From positions 206,522,001 to 206,586,000 of the forward strand of contig OZ024740.1 of the NCBI GenBank assembly GCA_964016885.1: a stretch of 64,000 nucleotides of DNA, read 5' to 3'. Positions 12,361-25,677 of this stretch are shown here, piece by piece. Numbering within the stretch: position 1 is the stretch's first letter; each line of letters begins with the position of its first letter. The DNA comes from Eledone cirrhosa (Eukaryota). The notes under the pieces are model-generated. The model saw only the letters and a program-made list of their open reading frames with translations, did not search any database and was not told the DNA's origin. The translations under genes and the position numbers were made by a program.

Positions 12361-12645
12361 CATTTTATCAAGTTTATTTCATTTTAATATGTTTATAAGT
12401 TCTGCCTTCGTAATTTTATTTAAAAAATTGTGTGAAGTAATGCTCTAAATATCAGTTTACTAACAACTCAGTTATTTCATTAAATTCCTCTGAATATTTG
12501 ATTATTTTCAAAATTAATTGAAACACGTAAGTAGTGTATTTCATTAGAAATACGATGATACAGAGTCAAGAGATATTCTCCAGGATATGACAGTACTTAT
12601 TGCAGAAAACATTCCCAGGTGATAATTATTATTATTATAAACAAT

Positions 12646-12872
12646 GGGCGGTGGATTGGCAGTATCGGTAGAGCGTCGGACACCCTGCTTCATGGCATAG
12701 AGTTACAACCCTTTACATTCTGAGTTCAAATCCCACCGAGGTTAGCTTTGCCTTTCATCCTTATGGGGTCAACAAAATAAAGTACCAGTCATGCTACTGG
12801 GGTCTATTTAATAGACTTTCCTTTCCTTTCAAATTGCTGGCCTTGTGCCTATAGTATAAATCATTATTATTG
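12646..12872 (+). mobile_element. tRNA-derived SINE, near full length
   Basis: gggcggtggattggcagtatcggtagagcg head, B box gagttcaaatccc, conserved core, (ATT)n tail. Confidence 0.8.
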
Positions 12873-13276
12873 TAAACAACTAAATGTAGAATTTAAGGTA
12901 TTTTTTGTCCAGAAACAATGAAACTGTTGATGGATTTGAACAATTTTTAGGTGGTGCCAATTTTAAAGTTTGATGTGCAAACATTGTCTTTAAAACTGGT
13001 GTCAGTTTACCTGTGAATTACCTGTTCTGTCATTATAATCTCAAGATTTTTGCTTTTAGTTAGAGCAAATATTTTTTGTAGCTAAAACAACCTTTCTTTC
13101 TACTTTTATAGAGTTGAACTTTATTTTTGTCAGTCCATCTAGAATATACTAAGTTATGTCCTGCTCCAGGTCAAATTACTGTATATAGTAAGTTTTGAAC
13201 TCGTGACCATATAGTTGCTAGGACACCTTCTTAACTCCAAATCTATTATAAACAGGATCCCTTCTCTCCTATAAAT

Positions 13277-14479
13277 CAGGGTTTCCCAACCTTTTTTCAG
13301 CCAGCGCCCCTTTGGGCGCAAACTATTTTGTCCCCCCCCCCCCCCCCCATCAAATTAAATTTCAAATAAGATACTGAATTCATCTTACATCAAATTGGTA
13401 CAAAACCTAAAACAAATGTGCGTGTGTGGTTGGGCCTTTAATCGCCAGGGGTCAATTTAAATTCAATCGCAGAAAGGAATTCAAAACAGCAACACACTCA
13501 GTTACACGCAATCATATACATACAAACATACCCATACATACACATACATATCAGCCACTCCCAAAAGCCAGTTTCATCCAAAATTCTGACCACCATTCTT
13601 TATATATTTGCACACAAATACACACATCGACCATTTCGTTTTATTCATTGTTTTTTTTCTTTTAGTCGTTTGTCACCATTCATCTGTTTTTGTTTTCGGG
13701 GTTTCACTTTAGTGGTCACTGCTGATCCATCGTGGACTCTTTTGGCCTTCACCCGTTTTCCTGTCGCTACAGTGTCTGCCGCCCTCCATGCCATGCTGCC
13801 CTCAATGAGAGATCATAAAGCATGGCTTGGATGCTGCAGGCTTCCCTTCCCAGCTCAAGCGGGTGGGGCTGGACTGAGGGAACGGCAAAAGGCCAGACGA
13901 TATGACCATCTTTCCATCCCGCGGTGGTAAGCCCCTCGTATGGGATGCCACTTGCAGCGACACTTTCTCTAGCCGCAACCTGGTGCAGTCTGCGACTAAC
14001 CCAGGTTCTGCTGCACTTTGGGCTGAGGCGGACAAACTCTCCAAGTACCGCTCGCTCTCCGACAAGTTTGTGGTTGTGCCCTTGGCAGTGGAGACTTCTG
14101 GTGTCCTTGGCCCTAGGGCTACCTCCCTACTCACCACCATAGGCTCTTCTATGTTCGGACACATTGCACCTGTCATGTGGATCATGTGATAATGTCATTT
14201 CCTTGAATCACGTCTAATGTTAAAAGGAGATTTTAATTTATGCATTCGGCTATAGTTTAGATTCGTAAGTTCCTGATGTTACACATGGTGCCAGGAATTT
14301 GCTTGGTGTTACCAAAGTGGAAAAAGTGTTTTTAAAATTTTTGAAAATTTGAAATAAATAAAATGGATAAATGCCCTCCTCCCACCTGAGTATATTGACT
14401 GCTCCCCCTCCCCCCCCAATGAAATAAAAACGCCCAGCACCCCCTTTCAACACAATAGCGCCCACATTGGGAAACACTG
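13277..14479. mobile_element. Non-autonomous hAT-type DNA transposon
   Basis: TIRs cagggtttcccaa / ttgggaaacactg; perfect 8-bp TSD ctataaat at 13269-13276 and 14480-14487. Confidence 0.88.
13720..14150 (+). pseudogene. Fragment of a CRE-like retrotransposon restriction-like endonuclease domain inside the hAT element
   Basis: Reads VDSFGLHPFSCR..HAALNE/IIKHGL...D*GNGKRPDDMTIFP..GKPLVWDATCSDT...AE..K..KY...PLAVETSG, with one frameshift and one stop. Confidence 0.75.
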
Positions 14480-17221
14480 CTATAAATCATTGTTTATATC
14501 AAAGGGAAATGTAATTCAATTTCAAAGGGTTTTTATTTGTCATAGGACACAGATCTAATTCGCTGTTTTTTGTTTTTCATCTCTTTTGGAAAGTCACTAC
14601 TATATAAACCAATCAGAATCATTCATGGTCAGTAGTGACCATTTGCCCTTTATTTTTCTTGATTTGGTCCAGTCAATATTTATAGTTCCACTAAAAAAAT
14701 AAATATATAGATATTTTTAGAACGACCTTTGACCATCAGTCAATTCTAGGTTTTCTTTGTCTTTAAACAGTTTTTCCATTGTCATATTATATATGTAGAA
14801 TCAACATATTGTTTAGTTAATTCGTCTGATGTTTCTGCTAGTCTTCCTATATTTTCATCTTACAGTTTTGTTTTGTTGTGTTATGAGGTATTTACTACAC
14901 TTTGATCTCTTTATTGTTTTACTTCATTCAGTTTTTCTATTTAAAGAAACTCAGTAGGAAAGCCTCTCACACACAGTGTAGCAGCGTTAAGATAATTAAT
15001 GTCATTCTTTTCAATCTATCTACCAAAGACAGCAACAAAGCTGTTAAATAGTTTGAATTTGAAATTTATTTTGGAAAACAAACAGCAAGAAACATTTATT
15101 CCATGTCATTCTTTAGAGAACACAAAAGAATATTAATGCCCCAGAGACATCAATCAAATAGTGAAAGAATGGGATTTTTCACTTATCTTCCTTGGATTAT
15201 CTGCAGTTACGTTCTCTATATCCAAACATCCGTTTCTATTTTGTACGAATGAAATTAGCCTCCACCATTATTGCCTGAGATTTCATTGCACTATTCTGTA
15301 CCTGATACCAAAGTTGTATTATTGATCTACTTGCTGTGTCAGACAGAGTTTTAATTACTAATACTAGTAATGGAGGAGAAATAAAGAATAAATGTCAGCT
15401 TGATACAATTAATTATACAGGCTGGTTCATAAAGGAACTATAGCGATAATCCCTTTCTAATGATAAGGAGGGATTTCCTTCTTGGCTTTATTCTGTGTTG
15501 TTTTCAATGAAGTATTTATATTCTGCTTGTACTGAGTGCAATATTTTAACCAATAAACCCCACTTTAGTTTATCTCTGCAAATATTGTTTTGGGGGTTTA
15601 ATTCTACAATTTGGAAGCCTTGTCAAAAGGATAATGGAATTTGTGGAGAATTATTTTGCTCCCGTAGATGTAAGTAAGCATTATTTTTACATTGTAACCA
15701 TAACTTTTATATCTTAACACACACACATACACTGACAAACGGAGTACTTGGGTATGACAGTGTTGTTAGGGAGTACTATGTCTGTAAAGAAGAGGGCACC
15801 TTTTTTCCTCAATGACAATAAAAGATGTGTGAAAGTGATTCAATAAAGAGTGTTAGTTCAGTCATTCGCTCCATCTTGTGCTTGTTTCCATATTGGAGCA
15901 GTCCACTGCCAGTGTTCTCCATTGATTCTGTATTCTTCTGTGCTTCCTTCCATGTCTGTTGGTAGTTGTCTGTTTCTCACAAAGGCTGTCAACTGACACT
16001 GGAACAGAACTAAAGCCAATGGTCGTTACTGTCTTCTCCTTTCTCCTGTTGGTGACCAGTCACAATCTTTGTTCCATTTCTTAAGACTTTTTAAAATTAA
16101 ATACAAACAACATTTGTCTTTAACAAGGCCCCATTCTCTCTAACTTTCTAAGTAAAAAAACTAAATGGAAAAGGATTTCCATCAGTTTTGATGATGAATA
16201 TTCTAATTGTTTGATCAAGTGAATAGTCTGTTCATTGTTTATAGTTTAAATTGCTGAGTATTCAACAGGCATTTGTATCCTTAATGTAATTCTCAGAGAG
16301 ATTCAGTGTGGCACTGCATATGATAAGGTTGGTCCTTTAAATTGCAAGTACAAACCATCTGACTTGGCTTTCACATTTTCTCTTTACTCAGTTTTACTTG
16401 CAAGGCTTTAGTTGGCTCAAGGCTATAGTAAAAGAGATTTGTCCAAGATGCCTAACAATGGGATGGAACTTAAAACATCATGATTGCAAAGCAAACTTTT
16501 GAACCATTTGGTCATTTCTGGGTGTAAATGAATGGATTATGTAAAAAGTTCAGATCACGTATTAGGATGTGAGATAAGAATGATTTAGTATGCAGGTTGG
16601 TGACGACAGAGGTTGCTCCCTAGCCTTCTTCCTTCTGTTTTTGAGACAATTACACAAGACATCAGATTTGAATATCCAGTCCATGCTAGCGTGGAAAAAT
16701 GGATGTTAAATGGTGATGAATTTAAATATCCACGAGAGTTTCTGTATGCTGATTACCTAGCTTTTATTGTATAAATTTTCTTGTGTTGTAAGAAGTGACT
16801 AAAAGGGTTTAATCAGAAAGGGCATCTGTCTGAAGTACATTCCAACCCATGAAAGTCCCGTCCAACCAATGATGTTGATAATGAAACTAATAAACTTCAG
16901 AGGATTTGAATGTGAGAACATTAAAAAAATATTAAAGGTTAACTTGGCAAAGACTAAGAAACTGGAAAAGACCACTGAAATATATGTAAAAAATTAATGT
17001 TGCTGATTAGGATGATCTGGTATTAAGGAAGAAGTGCGGGAGGGTGGGGGTCACAACTAATTGATGATGTTGATTAGGCATAAATCTTATATATGCTTCA
17101 ACAATTTTATCTTGTGTTATGAATGAGTTTCCTAAAATACTTGCCAAGAACCACTGCCAAATGAATATTATGATAAAGTATTGAATGTAAATAACATAAA
17201 TAATGATATTAATGATAATGA

Positions 17222-18210
17222 TTTCTACTATAGGCACAAGGCCAGCAATTTTGAGGGAGAGGAAAAGTCAATTAAATCAACCCCAGTACATTACTGCTGC
17301 TTTATTTTATCAACCCCGTAAGGATGACAGGCAAAGTTAACCTCGGCGGGATTTGAACTCAGTCTAATAATAATAATAATAATTGTTTCTACTTTATGCA
17401 CAAAGCCTGCAATAGAAAGGGGAAAGTCGATTAAATTGACCCCAGTGCATTACTGGTGCTTTATTTTATTGACCCTGTAAGGATGAAAGACAAAGCCATT
17501 AGAACAAAGTGGATGAAACATCATATTGACAAAGAGGCTAGCCCACTCTGTAGGACTTGTGGAGAGAGAGAGAGAGAGAGGAAACTGTGGTTCACATTGT
17601 ATCCGAGTGTAAACACCTAGCCCAGACTCATGAAGGCATATCATAGGAAAATTGATCCACTGGCATTTATGCAAACTTAATGATTTACCCCAATCTGATA
17701 ATAATAATAATAATAATAATAATCATCATCGTTTAACGTCCATCTTCCACGCTATCATGGGTTAGATGGTTTTGTTCCATTTGATGTCGGAATGGTCGGG
17801 AGACTGTGTCTTGCTCATACGGAAGTGTCTCTGACAGGTTTTTTTACAGCTGGATGCTCTTTCTAACACCAACCACATTTACAGTGTGGACTGAGAGCCT
17901 TTTTACCGTGTTTCTTACACGACCACCTTACAGTGTGGACTGTTGTGTCATTGACACAGTGGATGGAACGGAAATGGGAGGATGGGGTAAGGTGCGTGGT
18001 TTCTGATTTAGGCACATGGCCAACAATTTTAATGGAGAGGAAAGGCGATTAAATTGACCCCAGCGTGTGACTAATACTTTATTTTATCAACCTCGTAAGG
18101 ATGAAAGGCAAAGCTAATCTCAGCAGGATTTGAACTCAGAACATAAAGAGCTGTAACTCAGGGCCACAAAGCATAGTGTCCAATGCTCTACTGATAGTCA
18201 AACCACCATA
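17222..18210 (-). mobile_element. Cluster of minus-strand tRNA-SINE copies (~17222-17362, ~17385-17495, ~18008-18210) and an RTE tail (~17722-17990)
   Basis: Reverse complements of the SINE core (ggcacaaggccagcaat..., gggatttgaactcag) and the (CAT)n/RTE tail motif. Confidence 0.65.
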
Positions 18211-18330
18211 TTAATAATAATATTTTCCATTTATCTAGTTTGGTTTGGGTTACATGTTGAATGAAGCTGTTCTTTATATTCAAATTCATTGCTAATTTAG
18301 GAAGAACCTTTCAATAAGTCTTTATCTGTT

Positions 18331-19040
18331 GCTCAATATCTTGACCACCGAAGTAAGATGATGTATAGCTCAATATCTTGACCACTGAAGTAAGATGATG
18401 TATAGCTCAATATCTTGTCTACTGAAGTGGGGTGATGTATAGCTCAATATCTTGACCACTGAAGTAAGATGATGTATAGCTCAATATCTTGACCACTGAA
18501 GTAAGATGATGTATAGCTCAATATCTTTACCACTGAAGTAACATGATGTATAGCTCAATATCTTGACCACTGAAGTAAGATGATGTATAGCTCAATATCT
18601 TGTCTACTGAAGTGGGGTGATGTATAGCTCAATATCTTGACCACTGAAGTAAGATGATACATAGCTCAATATCTTGTCTACTGAAGTGGGATGATGTATA
18701 GCTCATTATCTTGACCACTGAAGTAAGATGATGTATAGCTCAATATCTTGTCTACTGAAGTGCGGTGATGTATAGCTCAATATCTTGACCACTGAAGTAA
18801 GATGATGTATAGCTCAATATCTTGACCACTGAAGTAAGATGATGTATAGCTCAATATCTTGACCACTGAAGTAAGATGATATATAGCTCAATATCTTGTC
18901 TACTGAAGTGGGGTGATGTATAGCTCAATATCTTGTCTACTGAAGTGGGATGATGTATAGCTCAATATCTTGACCACTGAAGTAAGATGATGTATAGCTC
19001 AATATCTTGACCACTGAAGTGAGATGATGTATAGCTGAAT
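18331..19040. repeat. 37-bp minisatellite, ~19 copies
   Basis: Unit gctcaatatcttgaccactgaagtaagatgatgtata, with a variant tgtctactgaagtggggtg. Confidence 0.95.
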
Positions 19041-19234
19041 CACAAGTGTGTTTGACAATATTTACTCTCTCTCAATTCTAATTTCAAATCTCTTCTAGTT
19101 TGACATCATTTTCATTACCCTAGGCCAGACAAAATTAGTATTACTAATAATAGTTAATTGATTATATCTCTCTCTTTATGAACATTTTACTTGTGATTAT
19201 TGAAAATAAATCAATAATTTGGTATTTTTGTCTG

Positions 19235-19913
19235 TTTGACAGTGTTTTATATGATGAAGTTTGACTGACAGGTTCTATATGATGAAGTTTGATTGACAGG
19301 TTAAATATGTGGTTTGATTGACAGGTTAAATATAATGAGGTTTGATTGACAGGTTCTATATGAGGTTTGACTGACAGGTTCTATGAGGTTTGATTGACAG
19401 GTTCAATATAATGTTTGATTGACAGGTTCAATATAATGAGGTTTGATTGACAGGTTCTATATGAGGTTTGATTGACAGGTTCAATATAATGAGGTTTGAT
19501 TGACAGGTTCTATATGAGGTTTGATTGCCAGGTTTGATTGACAGGTTCAATATGAGGTTTGATTGACAGGTTCAATAAAATGAGGTTTGATTGACAGGTT
19601 CTATATGAGGTTTGATTGACAGGTTCAATATAATGAGGTTTGATTGACTGGTTCAGTATAATGAGGTTTGATTGACTGGTTCAGTTTCATGAGGTTTGAT
19701 TGACTGGTTCAGTATAATGAGGTTTGATTGATGGGTTCTATATGAGGTTTGATTGACAGGTTCAATATAATGAGGTTTGATTGACTGGTTCAATATAATG
19801 AGGTTTGATTGACTGGTTCAGTATAATGAGGTTTGATTGACTGGTTCAGTATAATGAGGTTTGATTGATGGGTTCTATATGAGGTTTGATTGACAGGTTT
19901 CATATGAGGTTTG
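19235..19913. repeat. ~25-28-bp minisatellite
   Basis: Unit gaggtttgattgacaggttc(aatataat/tatat). Confidence 0.95.
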
Positions 19914-20251
19914 CTTGCTAATTTATAAATTAATGTGTATATAACTGGTATGTTTTCTCCATGAAAATATGTGAAAAATGTTCTGCCTTATATATTGAAC
20001 CAACAAAACTTCAGTTCAAAATATAATTCACTGTAAATATTGTATGTTCAATAGAGGTCAATGTTTTAGTTATATATTATTGTTTAAGCTCTGGTCAGCT
20101 CTAATCCAGCAGATCTAGAGTCAAAGATCTTGCAGCTGTGATCATCTCATCTTATTTTCAGGCATATTATATCCAGAACTGCAGGGTGGGATTTACAAGA
20201 GATTAGGTTGCTATTTTTAGCTGGCCGAGCAACTGTATTAGTTGTTTGTTA

Positions 20252-20440
20252 GGGTTCAAAGTTAACATAAGGACTACTTTCTCTAATATTTATTAGCCCC
20301 TGGTCAATCCTTTGGGTTCAAAGTTGACATAAGGACTACTTTCTCTAATATTTGTTAGCCCCTAGTCAATCCTTTGGGTTCAAAGTTGACATAGGGACTA
20401 CTTTCTCAAATATTTGTAAGCCCCCAGGTCAATCCTTCAG
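20252..20440. repeat. ~62-bp tandem repeat, 3 copies
   Basis: gggttcaaagttgacataaggactactttctctaatatttgttagcccc..gtcaatcctt. Confidence 0.85.
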
Positions 20441-20790
20441 CTCTCAAATTGTTATGTAACTCCTGAATCATTTAAAGGACATATTTCTGTGTAAGGTACA
20501 TAACAATCTTTTATTATAATATTGTTTTATATAGACAATAAACAAACATTTTGTAGTTATCATTTAGTTGCTAATAGGTAATTGCTCTTTAAATGTCTTT
20601 GCATTTTAATTACTGCTCATGCAACTTGCACATGTCTATTCATTTTCTGACTGTATGATGAGAGAAGAATTAATTTGTTAGATCTATGCTGTTGTCTTAT
20701 TGTGTTATGTTCAAATTTGAAGACCTCTTCATAATCAGTCTCTATAAAGATACTTTGAGTTTGGCAATAGATTCATGCCCAATAGTTTAA

Positions 20791-20996
20791 CCCTTTAGCA
20801 TTTACATTATGATTACTATTGTATTTTAGTGGTAAAGGCTTTATCTCACATAATATTGAACCTATGAGATTTTGATGATGTTATTTATTTAGAGAACAAT
20901 ACCTTAGTGTTAGTATTAGTGGTCTGTTATGGCCAGTTTGAACAGAAAGAGGTGAGAGAAATCTGGCTGGATATGGCCGGTTTAAATGCCAAAGTG
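20791..20996. mobile_element. piggyBac-like MITE family 1
   Basis: TTAA on both sides; ccctttagcattt / aaatgccaaagtg. Confidence 0.7.
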
Positions 20997-22007
20997 TTAA
21001 TGACTATATAAATATATTTTTGATTAGATTTTACATCTCATTTTTGAAAGGAAAAGAATATAGTGGGTTGCTTAATTCTTGAACTAATTATTGGCCCTCA
21101 GGATTTCTAAATATTATATTCTTCTTCTTGAGAGGGTTGTGGGGACAGAGTCCTCAAACACTCCTTCCAGCCAGTCCTGTTAGAAGCAACCATCTCCAAC
21201 TGATCCAGCTGGATCCCCAATATTATATTCATTATCATAATTTATATTTTCCCATATAACATAGATTTGATGGTCTGAAATACAGCAGCATATCTCTGGC
21301 ATAGGTTCCTGCAAATCCTTATTATTAAATAAAGACATAATTATCTTATTTAAAGCTCAATATTTTAAAATCTGATTGCACTAGTTCCATTTCTGTCTTC
21401 TTTCATCTACTTGTATTATCTTTGTATCTTTTACAATTAATTAATTTACAGTAGTTTTCATCCAACACATATGTCCATACTAGTTCAGCAATTGATATGT
21501 TACATGACCTCTCAATGTCTTTCATCTCCAGCCATTATTCTATTTATTCCAGCTCAACTCTTAACAAATCACACGGTTTAGCTGTTTAACCAGTAATCTA
21601 ATTTGTTGGCTAATTATGTCACTAATTAACTAAAAACAATAGTAACAGTGTTTAGTCTCTTTCTTGGTGTTTACTCTGCTTATATTTCCTCTTTTCTTAT
21701 GTCTATATATTTCAGCATTGTAACATACTTCTATAGATAAGGAACAGCTGTTTCACTGGTTGATACATGCTCTCCGTTCTCTGCTCAGCTACATTTATTT
21801 CTGTGGATTATCATTTTTGCTGGGGGTTTCTCTATTCTCATCAGGTTTTATAACAATGATGGCATTTAGGTGAAATATGTTTGTTTTTTAAAGGAGTATT
21901 TGGAGCTTTACTCTATATATAGTCAATGATGAGTGTTATACCATGGTTGTAAAGACAATAACAATAATACAAATAAAACTAAGAATAATACACATACCAC
22001 CACCATT

Positions 22008-22665
22008 GCTACCATAATGATATATGCTTTAACAATGTGGGAGAACACTCTCCAATAATACACTGACCACTACCACAATGATATATACCTGGACAATGTG
22101 GGAGAACACTCTCCAATAATACACTGACCACTACCATAATGATATATGCTTTAACAATGTGGGAGGACACTCTCCAATAATACACTGACCACTACCACAA
22201 TGATATATACCTGGACAATGTGGGAGAACACTCTCCAATAATACACTGACCACTACCACAATGATATATACCTGGACAATGTGGGAGAACACTCTCCAAT
22301 AATACACTGACCACTACCACAATGATATATATACCTGGACATTGTGGGAGAACACTCTCCAATAATACACTGACCACTACCACAATGATATATACCTGGA
22401 CAATGTGGGAGAACACTCTCCAATAATACACTGACCACTACCACAATGATATATACCTGGACAATGTGGGAGAACACTCTCCAATAATACACTGACCACT
22501 ACCACAATGATATATACCTGGACATTGTGGGAGAACACTCTCCAATAATACACTGACCACTACCACAATGATATATACCTGGACAATGTGGGAGAACACT
22601 CTCCAATAATACACTGACCACTACCACCACTACCACAATAATATATTCCTTTCACAATGTGGGTG
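22008..22665. repeat. 61-bp minisatellite, ~10 copies
   Basis: Unit ctaccacaatgatatatacctggacaatgtgggagaacactctccaataatacactgacca. Confidence 0.95.
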
Positions 22666-23224
22666 AATGCTTTTTGATATATAGAACCCCAGGCACATAC
22701 CACCTCATTGTCCCAGAAAAACAGAATAGACAAAGGGTTACCCCAGCAGATAATGAGGGAAATGCACTGAAATAGCCAGTCTAACTCATTGGGCTCACTC
22801 CTGTAGGTGGCCAATACCATCCCAATAGCAGTGAATAGGAAGGTGGTTCGGAGTCCAGTGCTAGTCATCATCATTTAATGCCTATTTTTCCATGCTAGCA
22901 TGAGTTAGAAAGGTTGTCATGTTATGAAACTCGTCAGGTCAAGTGACCATGTCATGCTCATAAGGATCTGTATTTTGGCTTTGTTTCTTTGACTCGATGT
23001 CCTTCAACACCAATCATGTTACAGCGTAGACTGGCTGCCTTTTATTGTGGAACCAGGGTGAACTGGGTGCTTTTGTTTTCCGTGTCAACAATACTACCAC
23101 CCTACAGAGTGGACTGGGAATTTTTTTTTGTGTCACCAGCAGGACCACTATATATGGTGAACTGGGAGCCTCCTGTGTCACCAGCACAATGATTTTACAG
23201 GGTGGATTGGGTACTTCTTCTTTG

Positions 23225-24000
23225 CCCTCTTATTTCTGCCATGCAACACTTGGCATCAAACCTATCAAGTGCAAGTTGGAGATCATTTTCTGTTGATTTA
23301 AGTAACACCATGTCATCTGCAAATTCCAGCTGACGGATTTTTACACATGCCAGTTGTGATACCACTTGCAACCCGGCTGTGCATGTCAATCCTGTTCATG
23401 AAAATAATGAACAGGAGACGTGACACTATGCACACTTGATGGAGACCAACTCCTATATTGAATGGTTTCAATTTAGCACCCTTTATCTGAACACAAATAC
23501 TTGGACATCCATATAGAGACATCAAGGTAGCAAGAAGCTGACCATCGATCCCATATGCCTGCACAACTGTCCATAGCATGTTCCGAGGATAGTAGTCAAA
23601 TGCCTTTTTGAGGTCTACAAAACAAGAATATACCTCTTGGCAATACTCCCACAATTTCTCGAAGACCTGCAGCAGTGAATATTTGGTTGGTTGTGCTGTG
23701 TCCAGGGCGAAATCTGCACTGTTCATCAACTAATTTGGACTCTGCAGTCTCCTGCATCTCTTTACCAGGCACTTAGCATAGACTTTACCAGGGAGGCTTA
23801 ACAAGATACCTCTGTAATTGGAGCAATCCCTCTTGTCTTCCTTTTTGAAAATTGGGATTATCACACCCAATTACCATTGCTTTCCAGTGATCCAGGCCAC
23901 CTGGCACACATGGGGCAATCAGAGAATACCTTCTCTATTTAAGGCTTTTAACATCTCGGGCTGGATTTCATCTTCCCCAGCAGCCTTGCCACATTTGAGT
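23225..24000 (-). mobile_element. Decayed LINE (RT fragment, different RTE-like family)
   Basis: Frameshifted pieces CFVDLKKAFD, GVGLHQVCIVSRLLFIIFM, LEFADDMVLL. Confidence 0.8.
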
Positions 24001-24007
24001 TTATTAG

Positions 24008-24211
24008 CCCTTTGGCATTTAAACCGGCTGTATTCGTCCAGAAGACTCTCATCTTTTTCTGTTCAAACCAGCTGTAACTGGCTACTCATACTGACATTAA
24101 GGTATTGTTCTCAAAACAATATCAAAATCTCATAGATTCGATATTATTGAAGGTAAAGCCTTTACCATGAAAATATAATAGTAAATATAGAGTAATGTAA
24201 ATGCTAAAGGG
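24008..24211. mobile_element. piggyBac-like MITE family 1
   Basis: ccctttggcattt ... aatgctaaaggg-TTAA. Confidence 0.7.
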
Positions 24212-25445
24212 TTAACTGATTCATAGATATAGCTACCTCCTCCCCCTCCTCCTCCTCCTCCTCTATAAACATATGACAACAAAATCCTCTTTATTGTGAA
24301 TTCCCAACATTGCAGAGTTATTTCAATTCAGAATATAAACAATAAAACAAAGAATAATGTTTTGTTTTATTGATATACTTGTTGATTATTTTGTCATTAA
24401 GGTAAACTACTTGTGAACAAACAGCTGTCTTTAGACAATAAGTGGACTGACTACTTTAAGTAGTTAATTTATTGCGTATTAGTCTAGATAGTATGATAGT
24501 CTAGTGCAGAGGACCTTATTTTGGTACTCGGGGTTTCTCATTTTCAAAGACAAATTCTGTTTAACTCTTTTATTATTTCTGTTCTACAATCATGTTTTGA
24601 GCACACTTAGTTTATCTTGTCAATTATAGATCGACGTAGAGTATTACTGGTTGTAGGAACTAAATCTGAAGTGATGTACTCTTTTTTGTCACCAGCCTCC
24701 TTGATAGAATCTAGGAAAAAAAAATCAACAAAGATTTGATTAGTCAGTAAATCTTCCCACCCCAATATTCCAACATTCTTCATTTACTGATTTCTACTGT
24801 TCTGTATATTGGCAACTCTGTCACTTTATTTCATCTTACATTAAACTTTAGCAAGAATCTTGCATATCACTCTAGAATTGATAGTCATGTATATTATATT
24901 AAATGACACCAGCACTGTGAAGATGACCTCAAAATTCCAGGAAAATGTCATTAACCTGAATTTCTCTTGGAAAACTATTTATAAAACCTGATTCACTCTC
25001 ACCTAACATATTCTCTCACAAACTCATACTATCCCATATTTCATATAGCCAAAACTGCATCATAAAGGCTAAGTATTTCCTTTAGAGTAAAAATAATAGC
25101 CCCGATTAATTTCTAACTATGTTCCTTACACTAAAGTACTGAACATATGTCTGATTTATTGTCTTCATAATATGTAAATATTCTCAACTGCAACCAAGAA
25201 GAAAAAAAAAAAAAAAAAAACTGTTGAACTCAAACAAGTCAGCTTCACTAACATCACCTGAGCTAACTTTCAGCAATATCATTTCTCAGTTTTTTTTCAA
25301 CCATATCTTCTCACCATTATCCCTAAAGTGTCTTACTTTCCAGACTCTTCTACATTTAACAGCTTCTGATCCTTTTCTAACAAATTAGACCCAAGCGTAA
25401 CTCCATCATTACCAACCTTTAGCTTTTAACACCACTTATTATTAA

Positions 25446-25668
25446 CCCTTTAGTATTTAAACTGGCTGTATCTGACCAGAATTCTCTCACCAATTTCTGT
25501 TCAAATCAGCTGTAACTGGCCACTCATACTGATGTTAAGGTATTGTTCTCAAAATAATTAACATCAAAATATTGTAGTTTCGATATTATGTGAGATAATT
25601 ATATGAGATAAAGTCTTTACCGTGAAAATACAATAGTATATATATAGAGTAATGTAAATGCTAAAGGG
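25446..25668. mobile_element. piggyBac-like MITE family 1
   Basis: TTAA-ccctttagtattt ... aatgctaaaggg-TTGA. Confidence 0.7.
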
Positions 25669-25677
25669 TTGATAAGA

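Noticed and set aside
10191-12398. Several + strand ORFs of 64-133 aa
   Set aside because: Antisense shadows of the RTE ORF; the same applies to 208-465.
12646-12760. A/B-box sequences as tRNA genes
   Set aside because: They are heads of a multi-copy SINE with a shared body and tail; no full cloverleaf is evident.
22192-22874. Repetitive minus-strand ORFs
   Set aside because: Products of the 61-bp minisatellite; no recognisable domain.
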